Of a stretch of DNA of 64,000 nucleotides, positions 43,103 to 52,690 are shown piece after piece. The notes beneath the pieces were generated by a model. It worked only from the letters and a program-made list of their open reading frames with translations. It made no database searches and was not told the DNA's origin. A program made the position numbers and the translations under genes. Source of the DNA: a virus; IMG/VR virus record IMGVR_UViG_3300042445_001170, positions 1 through 64,000 of that record. The stretch is one strand, 5' to 3'. Positions within the stretch are counted from its first letter, which is position 1. Each line of letters opens with the position of its first letter.

Positions 43103-44240
43103 TTAGTCGTGCTAACTGCGCTGATTTATATGCAGCAAGTTTATCTGCTGCTGCTTTTACTGTAGCATCATATTCTGCTTGTGCTACTGCAATCGCTTTG
43201 TCAATCTCAGCCTTTAAAGCTGTCTGTGCTGCAGCTTTTGCTGCTGCATCTGCTGCTGCTTTTTGTGCAGCAAGTTCTGCTGGTGTGGGGCCAACTGCAA
43301 CAGGCTTGTATGCAAGTGCTCCGTTGATATTGATCAGTTTATTAAACTTACCCTGTCTTCCAACTGTAGAAGATGTAGTTGAACGAAAAGCATTTAGCAA
43401 TTGATCATATGTATATGAAGGATTTGCTGACTTTAGCTGAATCCATTGGGCTCCCGCTACTTGAATTGAAGCAGATGATCCTGAGATATTTTTTGCAACG
43501 TTACCAACTCCAGGAACTGTAAAGAAGCCTGGTGCAAAGAAATCTAGCTTTTCAGTGTCATTATTGCTATTAACTGAAATTTCATTTTGCTGGTCTACAT
43601 AACCGACAGAAATTGATTCATCTAAACATGCTGGCCAATCGATGCGCTTGTAGTCACGGCCATTTCCTGAAGGGAAAAAGGTTGGAATACCAATAGAAAT
43701 CAAATCTTTAACCGACTGCTGTGTTGTTGGAGTTTTTGGACAGTAGTCAGTTCCTACTGGACCAAGATTATGCATTCCTTGAGACATTGTGACGGCTTGA
43801 ATATTGTACTTAGAAGCATTGGCCTTTACCCAGTTAAGTGCATTGTACACTGCTGCTTCGCCAGCATTTTGTCTCATTCCAGTTGCTGTGTTACCAATAA
43901 TCTTAATAAAAACAATATTTACGTTTGGGTTTGTTTTTACAAAAACAGATGTCATGAGTGTTCCGTGATCAAATCCGCCAAGAGCTATTAGGTTTGCAGG
44001 CATTGAAGCCGCACCCTTGCCCTCCATAAATGATTGTCCATTTGGACATGTTGTCCACTCTAGAATACAAACTTCTTGAATAATTTTACCTTGAAATGCT
44101 GGTAGCGATGTGTCAATTGCTGTATCTAGAACAGCAACTGCTGGTGTTGAACCTGTACGGTTCTGTAGTCCCGCTGCATGAGCGGTTGTAGGTACTGCTA
44201 GTGTGATTGCGATTAACGCAGCTATTAGTTTTTTATTCAT
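43095..44240 (-). CDS. Secreted subtilisin-like (S8) peptidase
   Basis: Signal peptide; VAVLDT, HGT, SGN, GSSAS. Confidence 0.82.
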   Translation of the reverse strand: MNKKLIAALIAITLAVPTTAHAAGLQNRTGSTPAVAVLDTAIDTSLPAFQGKIIQEVCILEWTTCPNGQSFMEGKGAASMPANLIALGGFDHGTLMTSVFVKTNPNVNIVFIKIIGNTATGMRQNAGEAAVYNALNWVKANASKYNIQAVTMSQGMHNLGPVGTDYCPKTPTTQQSVKDLISIGIPTFFPSGNGRDYKRIDWPACLDESISVGYVDQQNEISVNSNNDTEKLDFFAPGFFTVPGVGNVAKNISGSSASIQVAGAQWIQLKSANPSYTYDQLLNAFRSTTSSTVGRQGKFNKLININGALAYKPVAVGPTPAELAAQKAAADAAAKAAAQTALKAEIDKAIAVAQAEYDATVKAAADKLAAYKSAQLARLNG

Positions 44241-44270
44241 GCCTTAATTCTACTAAATATCAGCAGGATG

Positions 44271-44450
44271 TCAAGGGGTTTCTGTGGTTCTTTTATACCA
44301 TTTTCCGCTATCTAGCGATTCTGTAGGCTGCATTGGAGCCATTCCTTGTGTTTCTAATAAATTAGATATACTTAAAGTAAGCAACTCAATATGCATTTCC
44401 ATTCTAACAACAGTCAGTTCAAGCTGCCTTAATCTTTCCGACTTTCTCAT
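44271..44450 (-). CDS. Hypothetical protein (59 aa)
   Basis: MRKSERLRQLE...; ATGA-coupled. Confidence 0.6.
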   Translation of the reverse strand: MRKSERLRQLELTVVRMEMHIELLTLSISNLLETQGMAPMQPTESLDSGKWYKRTTETP

Positions 44451-44803
44451 TCCTGTATCTCTCTATCTAGTAGTGTTGGTGCTGTTGCCATGCTTCCGCA
44501 GTTGGCACATTCCATATCAAGAAAGTATGTTGCTATTTCAAACTCTTCAAATATAACCTTTACGTTCCAGATGTTACATCCGCATGGACATAAATGTGTT
44601 GGAGCCCCTCTTAAATCCATTGCATGATCATAGTTTTCTGGCTTAAGATCCATAATGTCTATAGGGTATTTTCTTTGTTGGGACTGCTCTTCTATCTCTT
44701 CTAATTTATTTATATAATAAATTCCAACACTGTACCTAGCTTTTACCCACTTAATTGCAGATATGATTGAAAAAGCTATAAGTATGTACGCAACAGTCTT
44801 CAT
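44447..44803 (-). CDS. TM plus Zn-binding protein
   Basis: CPCGC...CANC. Confidence 0.7.
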   Translation of the reverse strand: MKTVAYILIAFSIISAIKWVKARYSVGIYYINKLEEIEEQSQQRKYPIDIMDLKPENYDHAMDLRGAPTHLCPCGCNIWNVKVIFEEFEIATYFLDMECANCGSMATAPTLLDREIQE

Positions 44804-44817
44804 GAATCAATTATACA

Positions 44818-45375
44818 CTAAACTTGAATATATGTATAGGGTGCTGCCACGCTCATATTAAACTCAGTTGCTGCTTCTAATGCCGCCTTTAGGCGTAAGC
44901 GTGGATTCTTCTGATTCTTAGTAGCGTATAAAGCTCCTAGGGCTATCATTCCACCGCTACCTTCTGCCATATAGTTTACAACATTTTCTCCAACATGAAA
45001 GTCTTCATCTATAGTAAAGATTCTTCCGCATACACCGACAATAAAAATTCCACCAGTATCTTCTTCTGATGAGGAGCCAATGCTTCCATATCCATTATCC
45101 TTAAACGCAGCTTTAACTGAATCAATAAATTTAGTTCTCATAAATTTATCTAGGCCAGAATTTGTTTTTGTTGGAGTATACTTTGGTGGTGTCCAAGAAT
45201 ACTGTAGTATTTGTCCCATGCGAAACGAGTCTGTAAAAGCAACTCCGTATTGCCCAACTTTAAAAACCTTTGGTTCTTTTCGTGACAGGATCCACCCAGT
45301 TTTATCATCTGATGCGGCATGGTCTGATCCCATGTAGACGACACCATTTTGGGCAATAGCAACAATACAAGTCAT
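44818..45375 (-). CDS. HslV/proteasome-beta-like Ntn peptidase
   Basis: N-terminal MTCIVA, K..K, GSG...ALGAL. Confidence 0.8.
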   Translation of the reverse strand: MTCIVAIAQNGVVYMGSDHAASDDKTGWILSRKEPKVFKVGQYGVAFTDSFRMGQILQYSWTPPKYTPTKTNSGLDKFMRTKFIDSVKAAFKDNGYGSIGSSSEEDTGGIFIVGVCGRIFTIDEDFHVGENVVNYMAEGSGGMIALGALYATKNQKNPRLRLKAALEAATEFNMSVAAPYTYIQV

Positions 45376-45407
45376 GCTATTAGTATACTATTTCTATATT
45401 TGTAGGG

Positions 45408-45716
45408 CTAGTCCTCATTGGAATGAATTTCTATATGTGTCAATTTAAGCATAGTTCCCTCTAGCTCTGCCTTTACCTGAATTAATTCCTGCAAGGCTTC
45501 AAAATATTTATCTTTCCATTCATTCAGATCTTTCTCTAATTTATAGAGCTTAATCTGAAGGTCCTTAATTTCTAATAAGAGCTGATCGTGTGCTTTGTCT
45601 GCTAATTGTGCAATTTTATCTTTTTTTACTCGCCTAGAGTTCACCCACGCAGTAAATACACCACTTATAGATGCAGCGAACAGAGTTATTAATATCTGAA
45701 TTATAGAGATCTTCAT
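45408..45716 (-). CDS. TM plus coiled-coil protein
   Basis: N-terminal TM, heptad pattern. Confidence 0.65.
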   Translation of the reverse strand: MKISIIQILITLFAASISGVFTAWVNSRRVKKDKIAQLADKAHDQLLLEIKDLQIKLYKLEKDLNEWKDKYFEALQELIQVKAELEGTMLKLTHIEIHSNED

Positions 45717-45746
45717 TATACCTATAATTATACCTTATTATTTATG

Positions 45747-45983
45747 TTAAATTAATAACTCAGATGCCGTTATGTCTAGTCCGATATACTTCTTTTTTGC
45801 AATATATTCTTTAACATGCTCAGCGCCATATTGTCTGCCAGCCAAAATAATTATCCATCTTGGCTCAATTTTATTTTCCGTACAGGATTTGCAAAGAAGT
45901 AAATTAATTGGCATAAGCAATGATTTTTTTGCAGCGAGCTCATTCTTGCTCTTATTACATGAGTAACATAAAACTTTATCCAT
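45747..45983 (-). CDS. Zn-binding hypothetical protein
   Basis: CYSC...CKSC; start moved to MDKVLC. Confidence 0.65.
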   Translation of the reverse strand: MDKVLCYSCNKSKNELAAKKSLLMPINLLLCKSCTENKIEPRWIIILAGRQYGAEHVKEYIAKKKYIGLDITASELLI

Positions 45984-46296
45984 TATTTTTTCCCCCAGGC
46001 TTTCCTTCAAGCTCTACTCTAACACCATATGATTCCAAAATATTTTTTACCATTTCTACATACTCTATAACTCTGACTCTCATTGAGCCGTCGTATTGTG
46101 CAAAATTATCTTCGTAAAGCCTTATTGCTAGGAACTCTGGATACTTTACAATGTCCATCTGCAAGTTGCCGTCTGGCTTTTTCAGCTCCCTTATTTTAAG
46201 TGCCATGTCCTTATTATAAAATGTTGGCTTATTTGGTTCACCAGTCCACTCATTGACACCGTATTTAAAATGATCTTTATTCTTATCAATAAACAT
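45976..46296 (-). CDS. Hypothetical protein
   Basis: ORF track. Confidence 0.7.
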   Translation of the reverse strand: MFIDKNKDHFKYGVNEWTGEPNKPTFYNKDMALKIRELKKPDGNLQMDIVKYPEFLAIRLYEDNFAQYDGSMRVRVIEYVEMVKNILESYGVRVELEGKPGGKNNG

Positions 46297-46597
46297 GCTT
46301 TTCCTTTATTCTTTTCCATACTTCTTTTGTCTTATGTGCATTTCTAACTTTGTCATGAGACCCAGAATTTAAATAAACTCCACCCCATACTCCATAATCA
46401 CTATTTGATACCCCGCTGTCATAGCATAACTTAATGACTGGGCACGATAGGCATGCCTCGTCTATGCTTTTTGCTATATTGACATCTGCTTCATACTTAT
46501 CAAAAAAAAGATTAGTGTCCATTCCCAAGCAAAGGGCTAGCTTGTACCAATCTAAATTATCTTCATCTACATTTAAACTATTTAAAATATTTGACAT
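46286..46597 (-). CDS. whiB: WhiB-family Fe-S transcription factor
   Basis: W...ALC...FF...CLSCPV...C...GVWGG; start moved to MSNIL. Confidence 0.9.
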   Translation of the reverse strand: MSNILNSLNVDEDNLDWYKLALCLGMDTNLFFDKYEADVNIAKSIDEACLSCPVIKLCYDSGVSNSDYGVWGGVYLNSGSHDKVRNAHKTKEVWKRIKEKHVY

Positions 46598-46811
46598 ATC
46601 GTTTTGGCAGTTCCCAGATTCCTTCACGGCTGACAGAAATCTTTTCTGCCTTACCCCAAGCATCTTTCCTATACATGCCTTTTACATCAGTATAGCCGCC
46701 ACTATCTTTTTTCCAAATTACAAGATCATAGTTATTCCAAAACGATTCTTGTAACTTTGTTTGAGATCTTTTAATAAAAACCTCAACACCTTTCTCCGTT
46801 AGATGTAACAA
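46578..46811 (-). CDS. Hypothetical protein (TTG start)
   Basis: C-terminal part of the track ORF; its upstream part is tRNA. Confidence 0.6.
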   Translation of the reverse strand: MLHLTEKGVEVFIKRSQTKLQESFWNNYDLVIWKKDSGGYTDVKGMYRKDAWGKAEKISVSREGIWELPKRYVKYFK

Positions 46812-46831
46812 ATTACTTTTACCTTTTCTAG

Positions 46832-46913
46832 TACCCGAAGTCGGACTTGAACCGACATGCGATGAAGCAACAAATTTTAAGTCTGTCGTGTATACCGATT
46901 CCACCATTCGGGC
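46832..46913 (-). tRNA. tRNA-Leu(UAA)
   Basis: ACAGA-CTTAAAA-TTTGT; variable arm. Confidence 0.92.
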
Positions 46914-46918
46914 GTACG

Positions 46919-46991
46919 CTGGTCCACCAGGTCTCGATCCTGGGACATCCAAATTAACAGTTTGGCGCTCTACCAACTGAGCTATGGACCA
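46919..46991 (-). tRNA. tRNA-Asn(GUU)
   Basis: CCAAA-CTGTTAA-TTTGG; atypical T-loop ATCGAGA. Confidence 0.9.
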
Positions 46992-47051
46992 CTACGCACA
47001 AAACCGCTGTACTATGTAAGTATACACGGGAAACAGCGGGTTTGTCAACGA

Positions 47052-47195
47052 CTATTTAGTTGTTATTTTAACGATATTAACTTTTTTAATTTCGTCATCT
47101 ATATTAAAAATATCATGAATATATTCTGATGCATCTTCGGTATTAAAGGCTTCTACTTCAACCTCAACATCTAATTTAATGCGATATTTATTCAT
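47052..47195 (-). CDS. Small hypothetical protein (47 aa, leaderless)
   Basis: TGATATAAT-N6-ATG. Confidence 0.6.
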   Translation of the reverse strand: MNKYRIKLDVEVEVEAFNTEDASEYIHDIFNIDDEIKKVNIVKITTK

Positions 47196-47210
47196 AGTAT
47201 AATTATATCA

Positions 47211-47501
47211 TTACTTAGTAGCTTTTTTATCTACTGCTGAAAATGCTGCATTAATTTCTGCTACAGTTAATTTGCCATCATCTAGGAAACCTCGTGCAAG
47301 CCTTTCAACTACGGTGGCAACGCCAAGAGTCCCAGCTAATATTACTGCTTTAGCTGTGCTAATTCCTACTACTGCACCTGCTCCAATTACTGATAATCCA
47401 GATGCTGCAAATACTGCAATTATTCGCATAATAATATTATTAATGCTTGCAATTGCTCCTGATCCTACCTGTGTTGGCTCTTCAATATATGCCTTTGCCA
47501 T
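47211..47501 (-). CDS. Membrane protein (holin-like)
   Basis: Two TM segments; DDGKLTVAEINAAF. Confidence 0.6.
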   Translation of the reverse strand: MAKAYIEEPTQVGSGAIASINNIIMRIIAVFAASGLSVIGAGAVVGISTAKAVILAGTLGVATVVERLARGFLDDGKLTVAEINAAFSAVDKKATK

Positions 47502-47503
47502 TT

Positions 47504-47683
47504 TTAATCCTCTCTATTTCTGATCGGACTTGTAATTATCCAAAGAGCAGTAGTTGCCATGATTCCATAACCAACTACAGTCTTTGCACTTCCGTCCAGA
47601 ACTACCCAAGCAATAAACATACCGAGAAGCGTCCATGCTTGGTCTACCATATCTTTTAGGATATTCTTTATTATTCTTACCAT
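47504..47683 (-). CDS. Small two-TM protein (59 aa)
   Basis: MVRIIKNILKDMVDQAWTLLGMFIAWVVL... Confidence 0.6.
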   Translation of the reverse strand: MVRIIKNILKDMVDQAWTLLGMFIAWVVLDGSAKTVVGYGIMATTALWIITSPIRNRED

Positions 47684-50133
47684 CTTCTTCCTCCTCGTGA
47701 ACCTGGTGAATTGGCTCCTGAGCCTCCACCAGAACTTCCTCCGCCTCCTGTGCCACCCCCTGTGGCTCCTCCTGTGGCAACTGCTGCTGCGTTAATTGCA
47801 GCACCTGCTGCAACTACTGTTGCTACAACCATATCGGTTGCCTCTTCTCTTTCTTCATCTGACATATCTGCGCCCACGCTACCTAATGCCTGTAATGCTG
47901 CACCTGGATCTGAAAAAGCTGTCTCTAATAATGCTCCTGGGTCCTGAAGCAACTCAACCTTTGCTGCCGTTTCCGCTGTAATCACAACGGCATTTCCATT
48001 TTCATCCTGTCTAGTTTCTACTGGTGTAGCAGGTGGTAAATCTTTATATTCAATTCCAGATGATTGGATTTGTTGTGCAGTAACAGCCTGTCCTGACTCT
48101 AATGCCTTTTCAATTAATACTGCCGCAACTTCTGTCTTTTGATCTTTTGTTAATTCTTTTCCCGATTCGGTAGCTTTTTTAGCATCTTCAATTGCTTTAT
48201 CTTTAGCTGCCTGCTCTGCTTCTTTAGCTGCTTTTTCTGCTGCTATCTTGTCCTCAGCTGCCTGCTTTTTATCTGCTTCTGCTTTAGCGTTAGCTTCTTC
48301 TTGTGCTTTCTTTTCTGCTTCTGCCTTTGCTATTGCTTCTTCATTAGCCTTCTTTTCCGCTTCTAGCTTAGCATCAGCCTCTGCTTTTTCTTTTGCAGCC
48401 TGCTCTGCAGCTAATTTTTCTGCTTCTGCTTTCTCAGCATCAGCTTTTGCTTGAGCATCTTTTTCTGCTTGAATTCTTGCTTCTTCTTCTGCTTTAGCTT
48501 TTGCAGCTTCTGCTTCTTTTGCAGCTTGCTCTGCAGCTATACGTGCATCTTCTGCAGCTTTAGCTTCTGCTGCTGCCTTTTCTTGTGCAGCTTTTTGTGC
48601 AGCAATTGCTGCTTCTGCTGCAATTCTATTTGCTTCAGCTTGTGCTGCTAACTCTGCTGCTCTTGCTGCTCTTGCTTCTGCTGCTGCAGCTTCTTGAGCT
48701 GCTTGGGCTGCTGCTTCTTCTGCAGCTCTTTGTGCAGCTAACGCTGCTGCTGCAGCTGCTGCTTGCGCTGCTGCTTGTTGCTCTGCATAATAATTTGTAG
48801 TAACCTGAGCAGCATTTGTCATTGCAGTTACTGCTTCATCAACCTTTGTTGCTGCTGTATTTGCAAGAGTATTTGCCGCTTGAACTGTTGCTGTTGCAGT
48901 TTCTGTTAGCTGAGTTAATGTAACCACCTCAACTGCTTTAACTTCAGTCTTATCAACAACTACTGCCTCTGCTGCAGTTTTTTGAGTAGTTAACGTATTA
49001 AGAACTGTAGTGTCATTATTAAGAGTTGTTTGTGCTGTAGCAACCGCTGCAACCAACACTGGATCTTTTGTTATTATTGTAGTTGCAAATGCTCCCTGTG
49101 TTGGGGTTGTGAAATATCCAGTTCCATCTGCTCTTGTTATTCCATAACCAAGTATGACCTGTGATCCTCCACCGTTTTCGTAATACCAGATTACAAAGTC
49201 CTGCTGCTTATCTGTAGTTGTATTGTAAGTTGGAGAATACTGACTCCAGCCACCACCCTTATCAATCCACTCATTTATTGCAAGCTGTCCATCTATATAC
49301 ATCTTTGCGCCATCGTCTGAATGTATGGCATACTTTACTGCCACGGCTTCTTCTGGAACAGTAATAGTTCCTTCAAATTTAACAATTACATTATCTACCC
49401 GTCCAGAGTTAAGAACTTGTCCACTGCCAAAAGTATGAGCAACATATGGAACTGTAGTAGTTGAAAGCGGTGTAGCATTTTCTGCTGGGATAGCTGGAGA
49501 TGCACCTCCAGGTGAGGCATAAGTTGTTGCATTAACCCCATTGGTTGTTGTCTCTACAGCTGAATTATCTGCAGCAGTTTGAGCTGCAGTTAAATTAACC
49601 ACGTCTGTGGCAACCACAGCAGTTTGCGATTCAACCTGTTGAGTAACTGTATTTAAATTAGTTTGAGCAGTATTAAGATTTGTTGTCGCCTGTGCAACTA
49701 CTGCAGTTTGTGATTCAACTGCTACCTGAGCTGTTGCTGCAACTGTTACAGCTGTTGTGGCAGACTCTATTGCTGTTGTGGCTTCTTGAACCTTGACTGT
49801 AGCATCTGCAACTGCTGTTGCAATAGGTTCTTGTGTTGTAGCAATTGTTGCTGCCTGTTGAGGTGTTGTGTCAGGAACATTTGCTTGAACTGTTGCTATG
49901 ATCGCATTGCCTTGAGTCTGAGCTGCTGCCTGCAATGTATCTGCTGCTGCTTCAACCTTATCTGCAACTATCTCAACTGTAATAGGAGTGGTTGCTGTGG
50001 CGGTATCTGAAGAAGGATTTGCTGGAGTTACTTGAACTGTTGGCTCATCAGCATTTGCTATACTGGGCCCAAAAAGGAAAAGCCAGCCGATAATAAAAAG
50101 GCTGGTTAAAAAATACTGTAACTTTCTAGTCAA
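47677..50133 (-). CDS. Secreted PA14-domain protein with long Ala/Glu/Lys coiled coil
   Basis: Signal peptide; SDDGAKMYIDG...YYENGGG. Confidence 0.8.
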   Translation of the reverse strand: MTRKLQYFLTSLFIIGWLFLFGPSIANADEPTVQVTPANPSSDTATATTPITVEIVADKVEAAADTLQAAAQTQGNAIIATVQANVPDTTPQQAATIATTQEPIATAVADATVKVQEATTAIESATTAVTVAATAQVAVESQTAVVAQATTNLNTAQTNLNTVTQQVESQTAVVATDVVNLTAAQTAADNSAVETTTNGVNATTYASPGGASPAIPAENATPLSTTTVPYVAHTFGSGQVLNSGRVDNVIVKFEGTITVPEEAVAVKYAIHSDDGAKMYIDGQLAINEWIDKGGGWSQYSPTYNTTTDKQQDFVIWYYENGGGSQVILGYGITRADGTGYFTTPTQGAFATTIITKDPVLVAAVATAQTTLNNDTTVLNTLTTQKTAAEAVVVDKTEVKAVEVVTLTQLTETATATVQAANTLANTAATKVDEAVTAMTNAAQVTTNYYAEQQAAAQAAAAAAALAAQRAAEEAAAQAAQEAAAAEARAARAAELAAQAEANRIAAEAAIAAQKAAQEKAAAEAKAAEDARIAAEQAAKEAEAAKAKAEEEARIQAEKDAQAKADAEKAEAEKLAAEQAAKEKAEADAKLEAEKKANEEAIAKAEAEKKAQEEANAKAEADKKQAAEDKIAAEKAAKEAEQAAKDKAIEDAKKATESGKELTKDQKTEVAAVLIEKALESGQAVTAQQIQSSGIEYKDLPPATPVETRQDENGNAVVITAETAAKVELLQDPGALLETAFSDPGAALQALGSVGADMSDEEREEATDMVVATVVAAGAAINAAAVATGGATGGGTGGGGSSGGGSGANSPGSRGGRRW

Positions 50134-50199
50134 TTAGGATCTCCTAAGTAATGCAATATTTTTGCTTACTTAGTAATTATAGCAGAATGTTAGTTTAAA

Positions 50200-50388
50200 C
50201 TACTTAGGATTATCTGTTTTATAAAATCCATTACCTTTAAACTGTATGCCAAATGGTGTAAAGTGTCTAGTCATTTCAGACTCGCATTCTACACATGTAT
50301 ATCCTGGATCGTCATCAACAATAGACCTATGCACTGACATTGTTGCATGTGCATCGTCGTATGAGCATTTGTATTCGTATACTGGCAT
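50200..50388 (-). CDS. FmdB-family Zn-ribbon protein
   Basis: MPVYEYKC...CVEC...FKGNGFYKTD. Confidence 0.85.
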   Translation of the reverse strand: MPVYEYKCSYDDAHATMSVHRSIVDDDPGYTCVECESEMTRHFTPFGIQFKGNGFYKTDNPK

Positions 50389-50442
50389 AAGATAATCCCT
50401 TAATTTTAGTAGGCAGTTTTTGGACGTACCCAGGTCTCAATG

Positions 50443-50859
50443 TTATTTGATCTTTAGTATTTTGGGTTGTTTTTCTTTAGGTAGATTTCTGATTACACGG
50501 ATATGTAGCATACCGTCTTTTAGCTCTACACTTGAAACTTCCATGTATTCACTGAGTTCAAAGATCCTTGTAAACTTACGTGCAGCAATTCCTTTATGGA
50601 CAACTTCTCCATCTGTTACTGACGTAATTTCTCCTGTTATCCATAGACTTCCGTCCTCAATTGATACAGTTAGATCTTCTCTTGTGAATCCAGCAACTGC
50701 CAGCGATAGCTGGTAGTTGTCATCGTCTAGTTTTAATAAATCATACGGCGGAAAAGCTGTATTGTTTACCTTGCTTAGACTGTTAAAACGTTCCAACTCT
50801 CGGTTGAAACCAATAAAAAATGGATCCTTGAAAAGATCCATGGCGAATTGTGTTACCAT
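50443..50859 (-). CDS. hsp20: Small heat-shock protein Hsp20/IbpA
   Basis: FPPYD, LAVAGF, HKGIAARKFTRIF, LKDGML. Confidence 0.93.
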   Translation of the reverse strand: MVTQFAMDLFKDPFFIGFNRELERFNSLSKVNNTAFPPYDLLKLDDDNYQLSLAVAGFTREDLTVSIEDGSLWITGEITSVTDGEVVHKGIAARKFTRIFELSEYMEVSSVELKDGMLHIRVIRNLPKEKQPKILKIK

Positions 50860-50945
50860 TTTTGCTCCTTTTAAGCGAGTTAAATTAGTACCCCCTATAG
50901 GCAGGTACTGATCTATTATATCATTTAGACAACCAAGATTGCAAG

Positions 50946-51353
50946 TTATTTTTTAGACTTTGCTCTTGCTTTGGCAAGTGCTTCAAAGTCCTTTACTTTA
51001 GTGTCTCCCAAGTATCCCCAAGCATATCCATCTGCAATCATTTGTTCGTTTACTGATACTGTCTGGTCGTCAATAAATAGCCAACCTAAGATTCTTCCAT
51101 ACTTCTCGGAAGAGTCCATCTTTTCAGTTTTTATTTTTACAGACTTGGAATCCTTTAATTTATACTTTAAGTATTCCTTTGCTTCAAGCCCTAGCTTTTT
51201 TTCTGCCAGATCTTTTGTTCTTGATTCTGGCGTATCGATTCCAGCAAGTCTTACTCTAGATGCAAATAGTATGTCAAAGCCTAGATCGATGAGGACATCA
51301 ATTGTATCCCCATCGACTACACCTTCTACTTTTCTAACATAATATTCGTACAT
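50946..51353 (-). CDS. SNase-like thermonuclease
   Basis: VDGDTI, VRLAGIDTPE, KYGRILG. Confidence 0.88.
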   Translation of the reverse strand: MYEYYVRKVEGVVDGDTIDVLIDLGFDILFASRVRLAGIDTPESRTKDLAEKKLGLEAKEYLKYKLKDSKSVKIKTEKMDSSEKYGRILGWLFIDDQTVSVNEQMIADGYAWGYLGDTKVKDFEALAKARAKSKK

Positions 51354-51964
51354 TACTTAATCTTCTTAGGTGCTACTTTTTTTGCAGCTGGCTTAACTGT
51401 TGCTGCTTTCTTTACTGGTGCGGGTGCCAACTTATTTAAAAGAGGTGCATTTTCTTCTCCAGCATATACTGGTCTACCCCAACCAACAACTGCATTAAGT
51501 AGTTTCTTCTTGTTGTCCTTCACATACGCACGAGTTTTTTCAACACACATTCCGCCATTGCGCTGATCTCCTTTTGCTGTTCCAGAAGTATTTCCTTCAA
51601 TAACCTGAATTGTTCCGTCTCCATTATTTTTAATGCATAGACCAACATGCGAAATTCGATTTACGCCATCATCTGGAAAATCAAAATAGATCCAGTCACC
51701 CGCCTGTGGGTCATCATTACGTGCATCTGACCAACGTCCTTCTTTCTTAAACTGATCAGAAGCTGCTACTGTTGATGCTGACTTTGGAAACTTTGCTACA
51801 CCAGCTGTGAAAGCGCACCAAGAAACGAACGATTGACACCATGGCTGGAAGTTAACCTTCATCCATGCACCATACTTTGTTTCATTGTCTTTTGGACCTT
51901 CAATTGTTCCAATTTCTTTTTTTGCAACTTCGATGATTGCCTCTAAACTTCCTTTTGCTGCCAT
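51353..51964 (-). CDS. CHAP-domain endolysin
   Basis: PWCQSFVSW, SHVG, IEGNT. Confidence 0.85.
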   Translation of the reverse strand: MAAKGSLEAIIEVAKKEIGTIEGPKDNETKYGAWMKVNFQPWCQSFVSWCAFTAGVAKFPKSASTVAASDQFKKEGRWSDARNDDPQAGDWIYFDFPDDGVNRISHVGLCIKNNGDGTIQVIEGNTSGTAKGDQRNGGMCVEKTRAYVKDNKKKLLNAVVGWGRPVYAGEENAPLLNKLAPAPVKKAATVKPAAKKVAPKKIK

Positions 51965-51977
51965 TTTATTTCTCCTA

Positions 51978-52661
51978 TTATCTACTTAGATTATTTACAT
52001 GTAAAATTGATAGTGTTTCTATATTTACATGCTCTGGTACCATTAAAGCCCATCTAATTGCATCTGCTACATCTTCTGGGTTTAAACAATTATTCCTATC
52101 ACGATCACCACGGCTATTTACATTGCCTGGTGCTATCTCTGTTACTCTAATATTCTTGTCAAACAATTCAAATCTCAATATCTCTGCAAGCGCTACTTCT
52201 GCATGCTTTGCAACTGTGTAGCTGCTTCCTCCACGATAAACAAAGTGGCCTGCCATTGATGTAATTAATACAACATTGCCTCCACCATTTTTTATCATTG
52301 ATGGCGCTACAGTTTTTGTCATATTCATTGCGCCAACAACATTTAAATCATAAGCTTTTTTCCAGTTGTCAACATCATCATTTAATATGTTGTTAGGCAA
52401 ATTAAATCCACCACCTGCGTTATTAACCAATGCATCTATTTTTTTGTCGTAGATATATTTACTAAACTTTGCTACTTCTATATTATTAGTAATGTCCATT
52501 TGATAGACCTCTATATTGTCTGACTCTATGGACTTAAGCTCATCTATACTTCTTGCAATTGCTATAACATGAAAATTATTTTCTGCAAGCAGCCTTGCTG
52601 TTGCCTTGCCTATGCCAAAGGAGGCTCCAGTCACTACTACGGTCTTCTTTAAATTTTCCAT
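51978..52661 (-). CDS. SDR oxidoreductase
   Basis: TGASFGIG, NNAG, YTVAK. Confidence 0.92.
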   Translation of the reverse strand: MENLKKTVVVTGASFGIGKATARLLAENNFHVIAIARSIDELKSIESDNIEVYQMDITNNIEVAKFSKYIYDKKIDALVNNAGGGFNLPNNILNDDVDNWKKAYDLNVVGAMNMTKTVAPSMIKNGGGNVVLITSMAGHFVYRGGSSYTVAKHAEVALAEILRFELFDKNIRVTEIAPGNVNSRGDRDRNNCLNPEDVADAIRWALMVPEHVNIETLSILHVNNLSR

Positions 52662-52690
52662 AAATCCCAGTATACCATTTCTATTAATTA

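Noticed and set aside
46812-46976. N-terminal part of the 132-aa track ORF
   Set aside because: It is read-through of tRNA-Asn and tRNA-Leu
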